A stretch of DNA of 64,000 nucleotides from an uncultured delta proteobacterium (GCA_963812015.1 CAWETI010000002.1:544001-608000), one strand, 5' to 3'; shown: positions 29,615 through 40,837, counted from the first letter of the stretch. The notes: generated from the letters alone by a model not told the origin. Numbers and translations: made by a program.

Positions 29615-29732
29615 GACCGCCCTCCTGATTAAGGTGAACCGGGTCCGCCGACCAATCGCCTGACAGCCCATGCTCCTTATTTCTCAAGGTAAGACAGTTT
29701 TGTAAGGTTGTCAACTGAGCTAGTGGAAATCT

Positions 29733-30758
29733 TTACCTATTTTCATTATCGGGGTCTGGTTCCCGGTCCGGTTCGGGGTCTTCGGGGGCGTGAGGGCCGC
29801 CTTTGTAAAGATCGCGCTGCAACACCCGGTGATAACTGGTGAAATCGCCTGCCCCGGTGTCACCTTCCAGATGTTGACTCATCATTTTCAGCTTGGCGTC
29901 CAGGTCATCCAGGAAATTTACCAGCAGGGCCTCCCGGGTCTTGGGGGGGATGGGAGAGCCGAACTCCAGGGAGCCGTGGTGGGATAAGATGATGTGTTCC
30001 AACTGCAGGAGCACGGTGGGGTCGGGGAACTCCAGGGCCTGGGCTTCGGAGCGCACCAGGTCCCAGCCCAGGACGATGTGGCCCAGGAGCCGGCCCGGCA
30101 CGGTGGCTTCCGGGGCCGTGGGATTGGCCAGTTCTTTGACTTTGCCCAGGTCGTGGAGGATGGCCCCGGCCAGGACCAGGTCCCGGTTCAGTTCGGGATA
30201 GATATTGAGGGAGGCCAGGGCGTGGCGGGCCACGAACCAGGTGTGCTCCAGGAGACCGCCCAGATAGGGGTGGTGATAGAGGCGGGCGGCGGGGCAGACC
30301 AGGAACTCGTCTCGGTAACGGTCCAAGAGCTTGAGGACCAACTGCTGGAGGGGGGGGCTGATCTGGCTTTCGGCCAGGTGCCACAGCTCCTGCCACAAAG
30401 CTTGGCGGTCGTAGGGGGTGGCCTGGAAGAGCAGTTCCGGGTCATACTCCTTAAGGTCCCGGCCCAGCTCCCGGAGGGCGTCTACGGTATTGATATAACC
30501 GATATTGAGCTGCAATTCGCCCTTGTAGGACTCAACCTGGGCCTGGACTGCCACATGATCCCCCGGGGCGAAGGGGCCGGGGCATTTGGCCAGCACTTTG
30601 TTCCAGACCCGGGCCACCACGGCGCCGCTTTTGTCCCCCAAAACCAGGGAGAGGTAGGGTTTACCGGACTTGTCGGTGCGGCTCTCCGCCTGGCGCACCA
30701 AGAAATATTGCTGCACCGCGGCCCCTTCCTTCAGGTGAGAAATTAGCTCATGGGGCAT
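29733..30758 (-). CDS. YhaM-like 3'-5' exoribonuclease (OB fold + HD domain)
   Basis: GKPYLSLVLGDKSG, HHPYLGGLLEH, LHDLGK, GHI, SHHG and DDLDAK motifs. Confidence 0.9.
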   Translation of the reverse strand: MPHELISHLKEGAAVQQYFLVRQAESRTDKSGKPYLSLVLGDKSGAVVARVWNKVLAKCPGPFAPGDHVAVQAQVESYKGELQLNIGYINTVDALRELGRDLKEYDPELLFQATPYDRQALWQELWHLAESQISPPLQQLVLKLLDRYRDEFLVCPAARLYHHPYLGGLLEHTWFVARHALASLNIYPELNRDLVLAGAILHDLGKVKELANPTAPEATVPGRLLGHIVLGWDLVRSEAQALEFPDPTVLLQLEHIILSHHGSLEFGSPIPPKTREALLVNFLDDLDAKLKMMSQHLEGDTGAGDFTSYHRVLQRDLYKGGPHAPEDPEPDREPDPDNENR

Positions 30759-30880
30759 GACTCGGGCCTCTGAGGGTGAGATGGTGAGATGGGGGTATGA
30801 TACTCTCAAGGCCGGAAGGGGTCAAGGAGAGGTTTTGGCGGTTTTTTAAAGATATGGAAGAGATTTGGTGCAGATAATCG

Positions 30881-31008
30881 TTGACATTCGCCTGAAGATA
30901 ATTATCTTAAAATCTCTAAGAATTTCCCGGAACAATGCCGACATGAAAAAAAAAGCGCCATGGGTGATTAACTTTTTTTCTTGACATCGGTCTAATTAAG
31001 GGTAAACT
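30881..31008 (+). promoter_or_regulatory. Tandem sigma-70-type promoters upstream of the sigma-factor gene
   Basis: TTGACA-N16-TATCTT at 30881 and TTGACA-N16-TAAACT at 30981, exactly 100 bp apart in an AT-rich gap. Confidence 0.6.
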
Positions 31009-31059
31009 AACCTCTTTAAACTTTTGATGAGTTGGGGTAGCAATACAGGACAAAAATCC

Positions 31060-32346
31060 ATGGAAAAAGATTACCTGAAGAAATTTATCGAATTGGGCGG
31101 CAATGAGTTTTTGGCCTACGACAAGTTCAATCTCTCCGACGAGGAGCGGGAATCCCTGCGCGCCCCGTTTGATGGACCGGCAGACGAGGATCTGGACGTC
31201 TCCGAGCATCTGGATGCGACGGGCTACGGCCCTATAGCGGAAGAGGGGGTTGACGAGGAGCTGGAAGAACCCATCGAAGCCGACGAGATCCCTGAACACG
31301 AGGGCTTGGTGGCCGCCTACTTCCGTGAGATGCTGCGATATTCCATCCTGTCCCCGGAAGAGGAGAGGACTTTAGGGCGCATTATCAAAGAAGGGCAGGA
31401 TGCCATCCTGGATCTGGTGTCCATCGCCCAATCCGACCTGGAGGAAGTCCATTATCTCCAGAAGAAAATCCAGCAATGGTTCCAGGCCCCGGACAAGAGC
31501 GCCCAGGGGAAGGAAAAGCTCTTTAAGGTGATCCACCAGAGGCTCTCCCAGGTGCAGAAACACCATCCGGAAGCCACTGAGGTCAAGGATCTGGCCCAGA
31601 ACATCAGGGTGACGGAAGATGAGGTCAATCAGGCCCGGGACCAGATGATCAAAGCCAACCTGCGCCTGGTGGTGAGCATCGCCAAGAAGTATCTCCACCG
31701 GGGCCTGACCTTCTCGGATCTGATCCAGGAAGGCAACCTGGGTTTGATGAAAGCGGTGACTCGCTATGACTACACTACCGGTTACCGCCTCAGCACCTTT
31801 GCTTCCTGGTGGATCCGGCAGACCATAACCCGGGCCATTTACGACAAGACCCGGACTATCCGGATCCCGGTGCACCTGCAGGAGATCCGGAACCGGTGCT
31901 ACCGGGCCTTCTATGATCTGCTCAAGGAACTGGGCCGGGACCCGAGCCTGAAAGAGATTGCCGAACGCTCAGGGGTGGCCGAGGAAAAGATCCTCCTGGT
32001 CACCAATCTGGCGGACGAACTCATCTCCCTGGAGACCCCGGTGGGCGACGAAGGGGACCGCCTGGGGGACTTCATCCGCAATGACAAGGCGGTGTCTCCC
32101 TACGAGGCTATTCTTGAGTCCCAACTCGGCGAAAAGACCGACACCATCCTGACCACCCTCACCGCCCGGGAAGAAAAGATCATGAAGATGCGGTTTGGGA
32201 TCGGCGAGGAAGTGGAGCACACCCTGGAAGAAATCGGGCGGGCTTTTAAGGTGTCCCGGGAACGCATCCGGCAGATTGAGAAAAAGGCTCTCAAACGCTT
32301 AAAGCATCCCACCCGCAAAGCGGCGCTGGAAGATTTTCTGGAATAA
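31060..32346 (+). CDS. RpoD/SigA-like sigma-70 factor (probably a secondary paralogue)
   Basis: Region 1.2 (AYFREM), ANLRLVVSIAKKY, DLIQEGNLGLMKAV, WWIRQ, RTIRIPVH and region 4 TLEEIG...RERIRQIE. Confidence 0.93.
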   Translation: MEKDYLKKFIELGGNEFLAYDKFNLSDEERESLRAPFDGPADEDLDVSEHLDATGYGPIAEEGVDEELEEPIEADEIPEHEGLVAAYFREMLRYSILSPEEERTLGRIIKEGQDAILDLVSIAQSDLEEVHYLQKKIQQWFQAPDKSAQGKEKLFKVIHQRLSQVQKHHPEATEVKDLAQNIRVTEDEVNQARDQMIKANLRLVVSIAKKYLHRGLTFSDLIQEGNLGLMKAVTRYDYTTGYRLSTFASWWIRQTITRAIYDKTRTIRIPVHLQEIRNRCYRAFYDLLKELGRDPSLKEIAERSGVAEEKILLVTNLADELISLETPVGDEGDRLGDFIRNDKAVSPYEAILESQLGEKTDTILTTLTAREEKIMKMRFGIGEEVEHTLEEIGRAFKVSRERIRQIEKKALKRLKHPTRKAALEDFLE

Positions 32347-32397
32347 GGTCCGGGGGTTATAAACGGCCCCGGCATCGATCTTGGGAGGGATTGAACG

Positions 32398-32784
32398 ATG
32401 GCAGGACTGAGCCCTGAGAAGCTGGATGAGACAAAAGCGCGCTTGCTGGATCGGAAACGGCGCCTTTGGCAGGAGGTCAAGCAACAGCTCAAGAGCAACA
32501 TCGGCGACGGCTATCAGGAGATGCTGGCTGCGGCCCGGGATGAAGAGGACCAGGCCACCGTCAGTTTGATGGCCGAAACCAATCTCACCCTCTTGGGACC
32601 GAAACGGCAGGAATTGGAGGCCATCGAAGAGGCCCTGAACCGGCTGGAAAACGGCGTGTACGGTCTCTGCGAGGTCTGCGGCCAACCCATCGAGCCGCGT
32701 CGACTGGAGATCATGCCGGAGGCGCTTCTCTGCCGCAATTGCATGTCCCATCGGGAAAAGCTGGCCAAGGCCACGGCACGCTGA
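32398..32784 (+). CDS. DksA/TraR C4 zinc-finger protein
   Basis: Coiled coil with DEEDQA (DxxDxA) tip; YGLCEVCG...RLEIMPEALLCRNC. Confidence 0.9.
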   Translation: MAGLSPEKLDETKARLLDRKRRLWQEVKQQLKSNIGDGYQEMLAAARDEEDQATVSLMAETNLTLLGPKRQELEAIEEALNRLENGVYGLCEVCGQPIEPRRLEIMPEALLCRNCMSHREKLAKATAR

Positions 32785-32808
32785 TTGCGGCAATTCTTCC
32801 GGATGCCG

Positions 32809-32841
32809 ACGGGCGGGGGTAATCCTCCCGCCCGTTTTTTG
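32809..32841 (+). terminator. Rho-independent terminator
   Basis: ACGGGCGGGGG-TAAT-CCTCCCGCCCGT followed by a T-run. Confidence 0.85.
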
Positions 32842-32976
32842 TGGGGGGCGGGGGCAGCCCCGGATACCGCGACCCGGCGCGGCGGCGAGGGCTAAAGACC
32901 GTCGGGATTATCACTCTCCCGGAGAGCCGATCAACCTTTCCCACCTGGCTAAAGGACGCGAGGTCAAGAATCAACC

Positions 32977-33774
32977 ATGTTGACAATTATGCTGATTTAT
33001 CTGGGGCTGGGGGCCGTGGTGGGGATGCTGGCCGGCTTACTCGGGGTGGGCGGGGGGCTGGTCATTGTACCCATAGTGGTCTTCACCCTGACCTGGCAGG
33101 GGGTGCCAAGCGAATACCTGATGCACCTGGCCCTGGGCACCTCCATGGCCAGCATCATCTTTACCTCGGTATCGAGTTTTTGGGCCCACCACAAGCGGGG
33201 CGCGGTGCATTGGCTGGTGGTGCGCCGGATCGTCCTGGGCATCCTGGTAGGGACCTTTCTCGGTTCGTGCCTGGCCTCACGGCTGTCCACCAACGCCCTG
33301 AAAGGCATTTTCGTGATCTTTATCTACTACATGGCGTTTCAGATGCTGACCAATATAAAGCCCAAGCCGACACGCACCCTGCCCGGGCCGCTGGGCATGT
33401 TCGGGGTGGGCAACGGCATCGGGGCGGTGTCCAGTCTCGTGGGGATCGGCGGCGGGATGCTGTCGGTACCCTTCATGGTGTGGTGCAATATGACGGTCCA
33501 CGAGGCCATCGGGACCTCGGCGGCTATCGGCTTCCCCATCGCCATCGCCGGGGCGGTGGGCTATATCGTCAACGGGCTGCAGGTTGCAGGTTTGCCGGCT
33601 TATTCCCTGGGGTACGTGTACCTGCCGGCCCTGGCCGGCATTGTCGTCGCCAGCGTCCTCACCGCGCCTCTCGGGGTGCGTCTGGCCCATAGCCTGCCCG
33701 TCGCCAAGCTCAAGCGGATCTTCGCAATCTTTCTCTTCGTTATGGGGACCAAAATGCTCATCGGCCTGTTTTAG
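32977..33774 (+). CDS. TauE/SafE family permease
   Basis: AGLLGVGGG, ALGTS, GIGGG and AIGTSAA motifs; about eight TM. Confidence 0.92.
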   Translation: MLTIMLIYLGLGAVVGMLAGLLGVGGGLVIVPIVVFTLTWQGVPSEYLMHLALGTSMASIIFTSVSSFWAHHKRGAVHWLVVRRIVLGILVGTFLGSCLASRLSTNALKGIFVIFIYYMAFQMLTNIKPKPTRTLPGPLGMFGVGNGIGAVSSLVGIGGGMLSVPFMVWCNMTVHEAIGTSAAIGFPIAIAGAVGYIVNGLQVAGLPAYSLGYVYLPALAGIVVASVLTAPLGVRLAHSLPVAKLKRIFAIFLFVMGTKMLIGLF

Positions 33775-33841
33775 GCCGGAGAACTCCGAGCTGGCCGGTT
33801 CATAGGCACTGGCGAAAATCCGTCCCCAAGGCGACCCATTA

Positions 33842-34798
33842 CTAGGGGTTCAGCGTCGTGCGCCGACAGGCCGGGGGCACTGCTCCAGCAGATCCGCTTA
33901 TCGGCAGAATCGCCGCCTTGCGACGGTGGGCCGCAACGCTGGGGTTGAACCAGAAGATATTCCGGCCCTTGACGCCCTCAAGGTCAGGAGTTTCGTACCA
34001 CCGCCCCTTGCTCAGATGCGCCGCCCGGTAGCCGTAGCCGGTAAGAAAGTCCGCAATGGCCGCTTTGCTGGCCCCCGCGGCTTTCAGGTTCTTTTCCTCC
34101 ATTTCCATCAGCCACAGCGGGGGTGAGTCCTGGATGAGCCCTTCGGCCCCCTGCAGCACGGCCAGCTCCGCCCCCTCCGCGTCCAGCTTGATGAGGTCGG
34201 GGGGGCGCAGGCCCTCGGACCTCAGGAAGTGGTCCAGGGCCACCGTCCGGCAGACCTCCCGGCCGGCCTGACCCCGGCCCGCCGGGTAGAGGCTGGCGCT
34301 GCTGTCGGCAATGTCCCCGGCGACATGGAGCACCGCCTCACCCTCCCGGTCGGCGACGGCCACGGGGTAGGCCTTGATATTCCGGTAGGCATTCAAGGCG
34401 AGGTTCTCGGTCAGCCGGGCATAGGCGTTCCGTCCCGGTTCAAAGGCCACGATTTGGCCGCGGTTGGTCAGGGCCGTGGCCGCCACCAGGGTAAAGTAGC
34501 CCACGTTGGCGCCCACATCCCAGAACACCTCGTCCCCCTCCATGAGCCGCTGCACCAGATCGGCTTCATAGCGTTCGTGATAATGCCCGTAGAAATAGAC
34601 CTTCATCTGCTCCGGGTCTTGTAAATCCAGCTTCATGCGAAAACCCTTGTCCAGCCGGACGACGGCATACCGGTTCCCCGGCTTAAGAGCGGCATGGAGC
34701 CGCTCATACAGAAAAGCCTTGCCGTCCCGCAGGGGAAATTTGCTGAGGTACCAGCGGAAAATACCCCGGAAGGCCGACTTGGGCCAGGAATCAGGCAT
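33842..34798 (-). CDS. FkbM family SAM methyltransferase
   Basis: WDVGANVGYFT, AFEP and IKLDAEGAE motifs; AAGGAG RBS before MPDSW. Confidence 0.9.
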   Translation of the reverse strand: MPDSWPKSAFRGIFRWYLSKFPLRDGKAFLYERLHAALKPGNRYAVVRLDKGFRMKLDLQDPEQMKVYFYGHYHERYEADLVQRLMEGDEVFWDVGANVGYFTLVAATALTNRGQIVAFEPGRNAYARLTENLALNAYRNIKAYPVAVADREGEAVLHVAGDIADSSASLYPAGRGQAGREVCRTVALDHFLRSEGLRPPDLIKLDAEGAELAVLQGAEGLIQDSPPLWLMEMEEKNLKAAGASKAAIADFLTGYGYRAAHLSKGRWYETPDLEGVKGRNIFWFNPSVAAHRRKAAILPISGSAGAVPPACRRTTLNP

Positions 34799-34806
34799 AT
34801 GGCTCC

Positions 34807-34882
34807 TTTTAGCTTTCAGCTGGCAGCGATCAGCTTTCAGCAAAATCATAACCCATCTAGAATTTAGAGAAATCTGCCTGCT
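34807..34882 (+). repeat. Heptamer-containing ~75-bp dispersed repeat (copy 1)
   Basis: TTTTAGCTTTCAGC...CAGCAAAATCATAAC...GAAATCTGCCTGCT; aligns by eye with the reverse complement of 35944-36013. Confidence 0.6.
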
Positions 34883-34886
34883 TATC

Positions 34887-35693
34887 TCACGGCAGGCGCC
34901 GGTGGCGCAGGCAGGGCAGTTCCCGGCGCAGGCGCTGGAGGCGTTCATAGTCCAGCCGGGCCAGGATCACCCCTTCGCCGTCCGGGGCCTGGGCCAGCAC
35001 CAGCCCCCAGGGGTCAATGATGAGGGAGCGCCCATAGGTGCAACGTCCCGGCACGTGTTGTCCGCATTGGGCCGGGGCCACCACATACGCCAAATTTTCA
35101 ATGGCCCGGGCCCGGAGCAGCACTTCCCAGTGATCCCGGCCGGTGGCCACCGTGAAGGCCGCGGGGAGCAGGAAGAGGTTGGCCCCCCGGCTGACCTGGG
35201 CCCGGAAGAGTTCGGGAAAACGCAGGTCATAGCAGATGGCCAGCCCGGCGGTAAAGGGCGCGCCCGGCAGCGCCGCGGTCACCACCTCGTCCCCCGGCTG
35301 GGTGCACTCCGACTCCCGGGAGGGCGGGGCGCCGGGCAAGTCCACGTCGAAGAGGTGCAGCTTGCGGTAGGAGGCCAGGATCTGGCCCCGGGGACCCAAG
35401 AGGAGGCTGGTGTTGTAGGGCCGGGCCTTGCCCGGGGCGTGCTCGGGGAAGGAGCCCAGGAGGAGCAGGATTCCCAGTTTCCCGGCCAGTTCCCGGAAAC
35501 GGCTCACCAGGGGGCCGTCCAGTGGCTGGGCCACGGCCGCAGTGTCGGCCGGGCCCCCCAAACAGGCGAAATGCTCCGGCAAGGCCACCAGCCGGACGCC
35601 CCGGGAGGCGGCCTCCTCAACCAGGGCCTGGGCCCGGGCCAGGTTGGCCTCCATATCCGGCGTGGAATTGAGTTGTACGGCGGCAACCCACAT
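34887..35693 (-). CDS. Carbon-nitrogen hydrolase (Nit1/YbeM-like amidase)
   Basis: Glu-Lys-Cys triad: LPEH, YRKLHLFD, ICYDLRFPE; also RARAIEN. True start is MWVAAVQ; the longer ORF merely reads through a MITE. Confidence 0.92.
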   Translation of the reverse strand: MWVAAVQLNSTPDMEANLARAQALVEEAASRGVRLVALPEHFACLGGPADTAAVAQPLDGPLVSRFRELAGKLGILLLLGSFPEHAPGKARPYNTSLLLGPRGQILASYRKLHLFDVDLPGAPPSRESECTQPGDEVVTAALPGAPFTAGLAICYDLRFPELFRAQVSRGANLFLLPAAFTVATGRDHWEVLLRARAIENLAYVVAPAQCGQHVPGRCTYGRSLIIDPWGLVLAQAPDGEGVILARLDYERLQRLRRELPCLRHRRLP

Positions 35694-35739
35694 AAGCAGT
35701 AAGCAGTGATACCAAGTTTCGTTCGAAGAGCTATTTTTT

Positions 35740-35921
35740 GTAGCCGCAGGCTTTACCGTGCAAAACTTCAAATCCCCTTGAATCCCCCTTTTCCAAAGGG
35801 GGACTTTAATACCTCCCTTTGAAAAAGGGGGGCAGGGGGGATTTTTCATCCTCGGGGGTGAAACATTGGTGGTTCATGAACGTTTAGCCTGCGCCTGCAC
35901 AGGTGAGACGCCTGTGCCACC
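35740..35921. repeat. REP doublet: family D GTAGCCGCAGGCTTTAGCCTGCG (split by a MITE) plus inverted GGTGGCACAGGCGTCTCACCTGTG
   Basis: Left half 35740-35755, right half 35883-35893. An intact family D copy is at 42632-42654. The second palindrome is at 35898-35921. Confidence 0.8.
35756..35882. mobile_element. 127-bp MITE-like element with C/G-run palindromic core
   Basis: Flanked by duplicated TTTA inside the REP. A second copy of identical length is at 39522-42365 once the IS is removed. Confidence 0.8.
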
Positions 35922-35943
35922 TGTTTGATTGTTGCTCGGTATG

Positions 35944-36013
35944 AGCAGTCAGCAGATATTCCAAGATTCCGGGTACGTTATGTTTGCTGAAGGCTAAGCG
36001 CTGAAAGCCAAAA
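35944..36013 (-). repeat. Heptamer-containing dispersed repeat (copy 2, inverted)
   Basis: GCTGAAG GCTAAGC GCTGAAA GCCAAAA units; similar to 34807-34882. Confidence 0.6.
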
Positions 36014-36061
36014 CCTAAAACCTACAACTTGCACTTTCTCCCTCAGATAATTATCACAGGG

Positions 36062-37531
<1,470 letters not shown>

Positions 37532-37559
37532 GAGGATTCCAGCGCGTTATTTAAGATAT

Positions 37560-37740
37560 TATAGCAATTGCCAAAAGTTCTTTCCGTTATGGAACATGCT
37601 CCAGGAACCTAAATCCCCCCTACCCCCCTTTTCCAAAGGGGGGAACTTAGCGGAATTCCTTTTAAAGTCCCCCTTTGAAAAAGGGGGATTTAGGGGGATT
37701 TAAAAACCATCACTGAGAAGAATTTTTGGCAAACGCTATA
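37560..37740. mobile_element. ~180-bp MITE with 22-bp TIRs and TA ends (IS630/Tc1-like)
   Basis: TATAGCAATTGCCAAAAGTTCT ... AGAATTTTTGGCAAACGCTATA (19/22 match). Core is the same AAATCCCCC...TTTTCCAAAGGGGG / CCCTTTGAAAAAGGGGG palindrome pair. Confidence 0.8.
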
Positions 37741-37814
37741 ACCTTAGCGCCTGGGCCGATGGGTCTCCCTTTCACCTAACATAAGGAATCCTTACGCCAT
37801 CTGCAAGCGGGGAT

Positions 37815-39497
37815 TTACGTCGGGCCGGCCACCCGGTCTTGAAACTCGGCCGGGGTCAGGGCCATGAAGCCCAGGGCCCGGCTGAGCTGCACCACCGCCG
37901 GGGGCACCAGGTGCGCCCGGGTCAATGCCTCGGCTGCGGCCAGCACCTGCCGGGTGGGGCCGTCCAGGAGGACCCGGCCGTCCAGCAGGACCACCAGGCG
38001 CCTGGCATAGGTGGCGGCGGCCCACATGGAGTGGGTCACCATGATCACCGTGTGGCCCTGGGCGTGGAGTTCCCGGACCAACCCCAGGAGGTCCTGCTGC
38101 TCCCGGTGGTCCAGGCCGGTGGTGGGCTCATCCAGGATGATCACCTGGGGGGCCAGGGCCAGGACCCCGGCCACGGCCAGGCGCTGGCGCTGACCCTTGG
38201 TGAGGGAGAAAGGGTCGTCCCGGGCCCGGTCCAGGAGATGCACCCGCATCAGGGCGGCCTCAACCCGGCGCTCCACCTCCGGGGGCGCCAGGCCCAGGAG
38301 GCGAACCCCGAAGGCCACCTCTTCCCAGACCTCGGTGGCGAAAAGTTGGTGGTCCGGGTTCTGAAAGACATAGCCCACCCGGAAATTTTCGCCCGGCTGC
38401 TGCCACACTTCCCCGTCCTGAGGCGTCAATAAGCCCCGGAGGAGCTTCAGCACGGTGGTCTTGCCGCTGCCGTTGGGCCCCAGGATGGCGGTGAGCTCCC
38501 CGGCCCGGCAGGCGAGGGAGAAGTCTTGGAAGACCGGCGGGGCGCCCGGATAGGCAAAGGTCACCCGACGCAGGGCCAGAATTTCTGGTGCCGGGGCCTC
38601 CTGGTCCGGGGCTTCGGCAGCAGGGCCGGGGGCCGGGCGGCCGGTCCACCCCAGGCTGCGGGCCTGGACCATCGCCTCGGTTAGGGTGAGGGGGAGGGTC
38701 GCCTGGCCCAGATCGTGGAACAGGGCGGGCAGTTCCGGCGGGTTGAGGCCGAGGGTGCGCAGGAGTTCCACTTCCCGCAAGATCCGGTCCGGGGGGCCGT
38801 CGGCCAGGATTGCCCCCCGGTTAAGGAGGACGATGCGGGAGCAGAGGCGGGCCAGGCGCAAATCTTCTCCCAGGAGGACCAGGGTGAGGTCCCGGGCCCG
38901 GCCGAGGCGGTCCAGGGTGGCCAGCAGTTCCTCCACCCGCACGGGGTCGAGATCGGTGGTGGGTTCATCCAGGACCAGCAGGCGGGGCGCCGACGCCAGG
39001 ACCGCGGCCAGGGCCAAAAGCTGCTTCTGCCCGCCGGAGAGGGTGGCGGGGTCCCGGTCATCCAGGCCGGCCAGCCCCATAAGGGCCAGGCACTCCCCGA
39101 CCCGTTGCCGCAGCTCCTCCCGGGGCAGCGCCAGGTTTTCCGGACCGAAGGCCACCTCCTGGTCCACCCGGGTGGAGAAGAGCTGGGCCTCGAAATCCTG
39201 GAGCAGAATCCCCACCCGTCCCGCTAACTGGCGGGGCCGGCAGGTTGTGGTAAGACATCCGTCCACCTCGATCTCACCCCGGAAATCCCCCTTAATCATC
39301 CGGGGGATGAGACCCTGGAGGCAGAGGGCCAGGGTGGATTTCCCGGCTTCGCTGGGGCCCAGGATAGCCAGGCGCTCGCCGGCCTTGATCTCCAGGCTAA
39401 GCCCCTGGAATACAGGACGGGCGGCTTTCTTGTAGCGGAAATAGAGATCAGTGATCTTGACGATAGGATCGATTGGCTGCACATGCTTACCCGTCAT
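37815..39497 (-). CDS. ECF transporter fused A-A' ATPase
   Basis: Two ABC domains (GPSEAGKST, LSGGQ, LDEP; GPNGSGKTT, LTKGQRQR, LDEP) with ECF-type QNPDHQLF and EVAFG. Confidence 0.92.
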   Translation of the reverse strand: MTGKHVQPIDPIVKITDLYFRYKKAARPVFQGLSLEIKAGERLAILGPSEAGKSTLALCLQGLIPRMIKGDFRGEIEVDGCLTTTCRPRQLAGRVGILLQDFEAQLFSTRVDQEVAFGPENLALPREELRQRVGECLALMGLAGLDDRDPATLSGGQKQLLALAAVLASAPRLLVLDEPTTDLDPVRVEELLATLDRLGRARDLTLVLLGEDLRLARLCSRIVLLNRGAILADGPPDRILREVELLRTLGLNPPELPALFHDLGQATLPLTLTEAMVQARSLGWTGRPAPGPAAEAPDQEAPAPEILALRRVTFAYPGAPPVFQDFSLACRAGELTAILGPNGSGKTTVLKLLRGLLTPQDGEVWQQPGENFRVGYVFQNPDHQLFATEVWEEVAFGVRLLGLAPPEVERRVEAALMRVHLLDRARDDPFSLTKGQRQRLAVAGVLALAPQVIILDEPTTGLDHREQQDLLGLVRELHAQGHTVIMVTHSMWAAATYARRLVVLLDGRVLLDGPTRQVLAAAEALTRAHLVPPAVVQLSRALGFMALTPAEFQDRVAGPT

Positions 39498-39604
39498 GGT
39501 GAATAATAGCCGCAGGCTTTACCGTGAACAACTTCAAATCCCCCTAAATCCCCCTTTTCCAAAGGGGGACTTTAATACCCCCCTTTGAAAAGGCGATTAT
39601 TTAC

Positions 39605-39633
39605 TTGACAAATACATATCGCTAATTTATATT
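39605..39633 (+). promoter_or_regulatory. Inward sigma-70 promoter in the IS left end
   Basis: TTGACA-N17-TATATT, with the -35 inside the TIR. Confidence 0.7.
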
Positions 39634-39783
39634 CTATTTCAAGCGGTTTGACGGCCTTCCTCTGCGCCGGAGTATCCGCAGATAGCTCTCGATTTTGGTT
39701 GATATTTGGAAAAAAATAAATATTGCTCTCCGGGCAATATACCGGAGGGCAACAATAAAAAACCCATTTTAAGGGAATCAGCC

Positions 39784-40758
39784 ATGAAGATGCACGATGC
39801 CACCTTTGATGAAAAAAGGTTCCATGATGAGAACGCGGCCCGCCAATTTCTTGAGGCGATTATCTGGCCTAACGGCCCGGTATGCCCCCATTGTGGCGCA
39901 AGTGGCCGTATTTGCCGCATTGAAGCACAGAGCAAAGAGAAAGGCAAGGGTGCGCGCCCTGGCCTGCGTGCCTGTGGCGATTGTCGCAAACAGTTCACTG
40001 TCACTGTCGGCACCGTCTTTGAACGCAGCAAGGTTCCTCTCCATAAATGGCTATTGGCTACACATTTGATCTGCTCAAGCAAGAAAGGCATATCAAGCCA
40101 CCAGTTAGGCCGCACCTTGAAAGTGACCTATAAAACGGCTTGGTTCATGTCGCACCGCATCCGCGAAGCGATGAAGCCTGTTAACCCTGGAATGTTGGGC
40201 GGCGGGAATAATCCGGTTGAAGCCGATGAAACTTTTGTGGGAAGTAAGCCGGGGAGAAAAAAGCGCCGTGGTTATGCACATAAAAACGCCGTCCTCTCGC
40301 TTGTTGAGAGAAACGGCGCCGTCCGCTCTTTCCATGTCCCCAGCGTCAATGCCGATACCTTGAAGCCCTATCTCAAGGCCAACATCACCCCGGATGCTCA
40401 CCTTATGACCGATGATGCAGGGCAATATAGGCTTATAGGCCCTGAGTTTGCCAGGCATGATGTTGTTTGTCATAGTGCTGGGGAGTATGTGAGAGGTAAG
40501 GCGCACACGAATACGGCTGAGGGGTTTTTCAGTATCTTTAAGCGCGGCATCTACGGGGTTTACCAGCACGTTAGCCCCTTCCATCTGCACCGCTATACCA
40601 CGGAGTTTGACTTCCGCTATAACCATCGTGAGAAGCTGGGCTTTGATGATACTGAGAGAGAAGCCCAAGCCCTCAAGGGCATTTCCGGCAAACGTCTGAC
40701 CTATCGGCGGACTGACCAAACTTCTTTGTCCCTTCAAGAAGGGGAAGAAATGCACTAG
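39784..40758 (+). CDS. IS1595-family DDE transposase
   Basis: Zn ribbon WPNGPVCPHC...CGDCRKQFTVTVGTVFE; KGISSHQL; VEADET, MTDD, HTNTAEGFFS, EFDFRYN and GKRLTY. Confidence 0.95.
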   Translation: MKMHDATFDEKRFHDENAARQFLEAIIWPNGPVCPHCGASGRICRIEAQSKEKGKGARPGLRACGDCRKQFTVTVGTVFERSKVPLHKWLLATHLICSSKKGISSHQLGRTLKVTYKTAWFMSHRIREAMKPVNPGMLGGGNNPVEADETFVGSKPGRKKRRGYAHKNAVLSLVERNGAVRSFHVPSVNADTLKPYLKANITPDAHLMTDDAGQYRLIGPEFARHDVVCHSAGEYVRGKAHTNTAEGFFSIFKRGIYGVYQHVSPFHLHRYTTEFDFRYNHREKLGFDDTEREAQALKGISGKRLTYRRTDQTSLSLQEGEEMH

Positions 40759-40837
40759 ACGCTGCCCCTTTCAAATCCGCCCCAAGAACAAACCGGAATG
40801 CGCGCTAATTACGCGATTTCGCTTTAAAACTCCATGA
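40712..40837 (+). CDS. Cryptic 41-codon Cys-rich ORF overlapping the transposase 3' end (+1 frame, CTG start only)
   Basis: LTKLLCPFKKGKKCTRRCPFQIRPKNKPECALITRFRFKTP*; same CPF..C..C.F..ECA pattern as 40904-41083. Confidence 0.45.
   Translation: MTKLLCPFKKGKKCTRRCPFQIRPKNKPECALITRFRFKTP

Noticed and set aside
35694..35849. N-terminal extension of the nitrilase ORF (MKNPPCPPFSKGG...)
   Set aside because: It is just the MITE/REP sequence read in frame; the family fold begins at MWVAAVQ.
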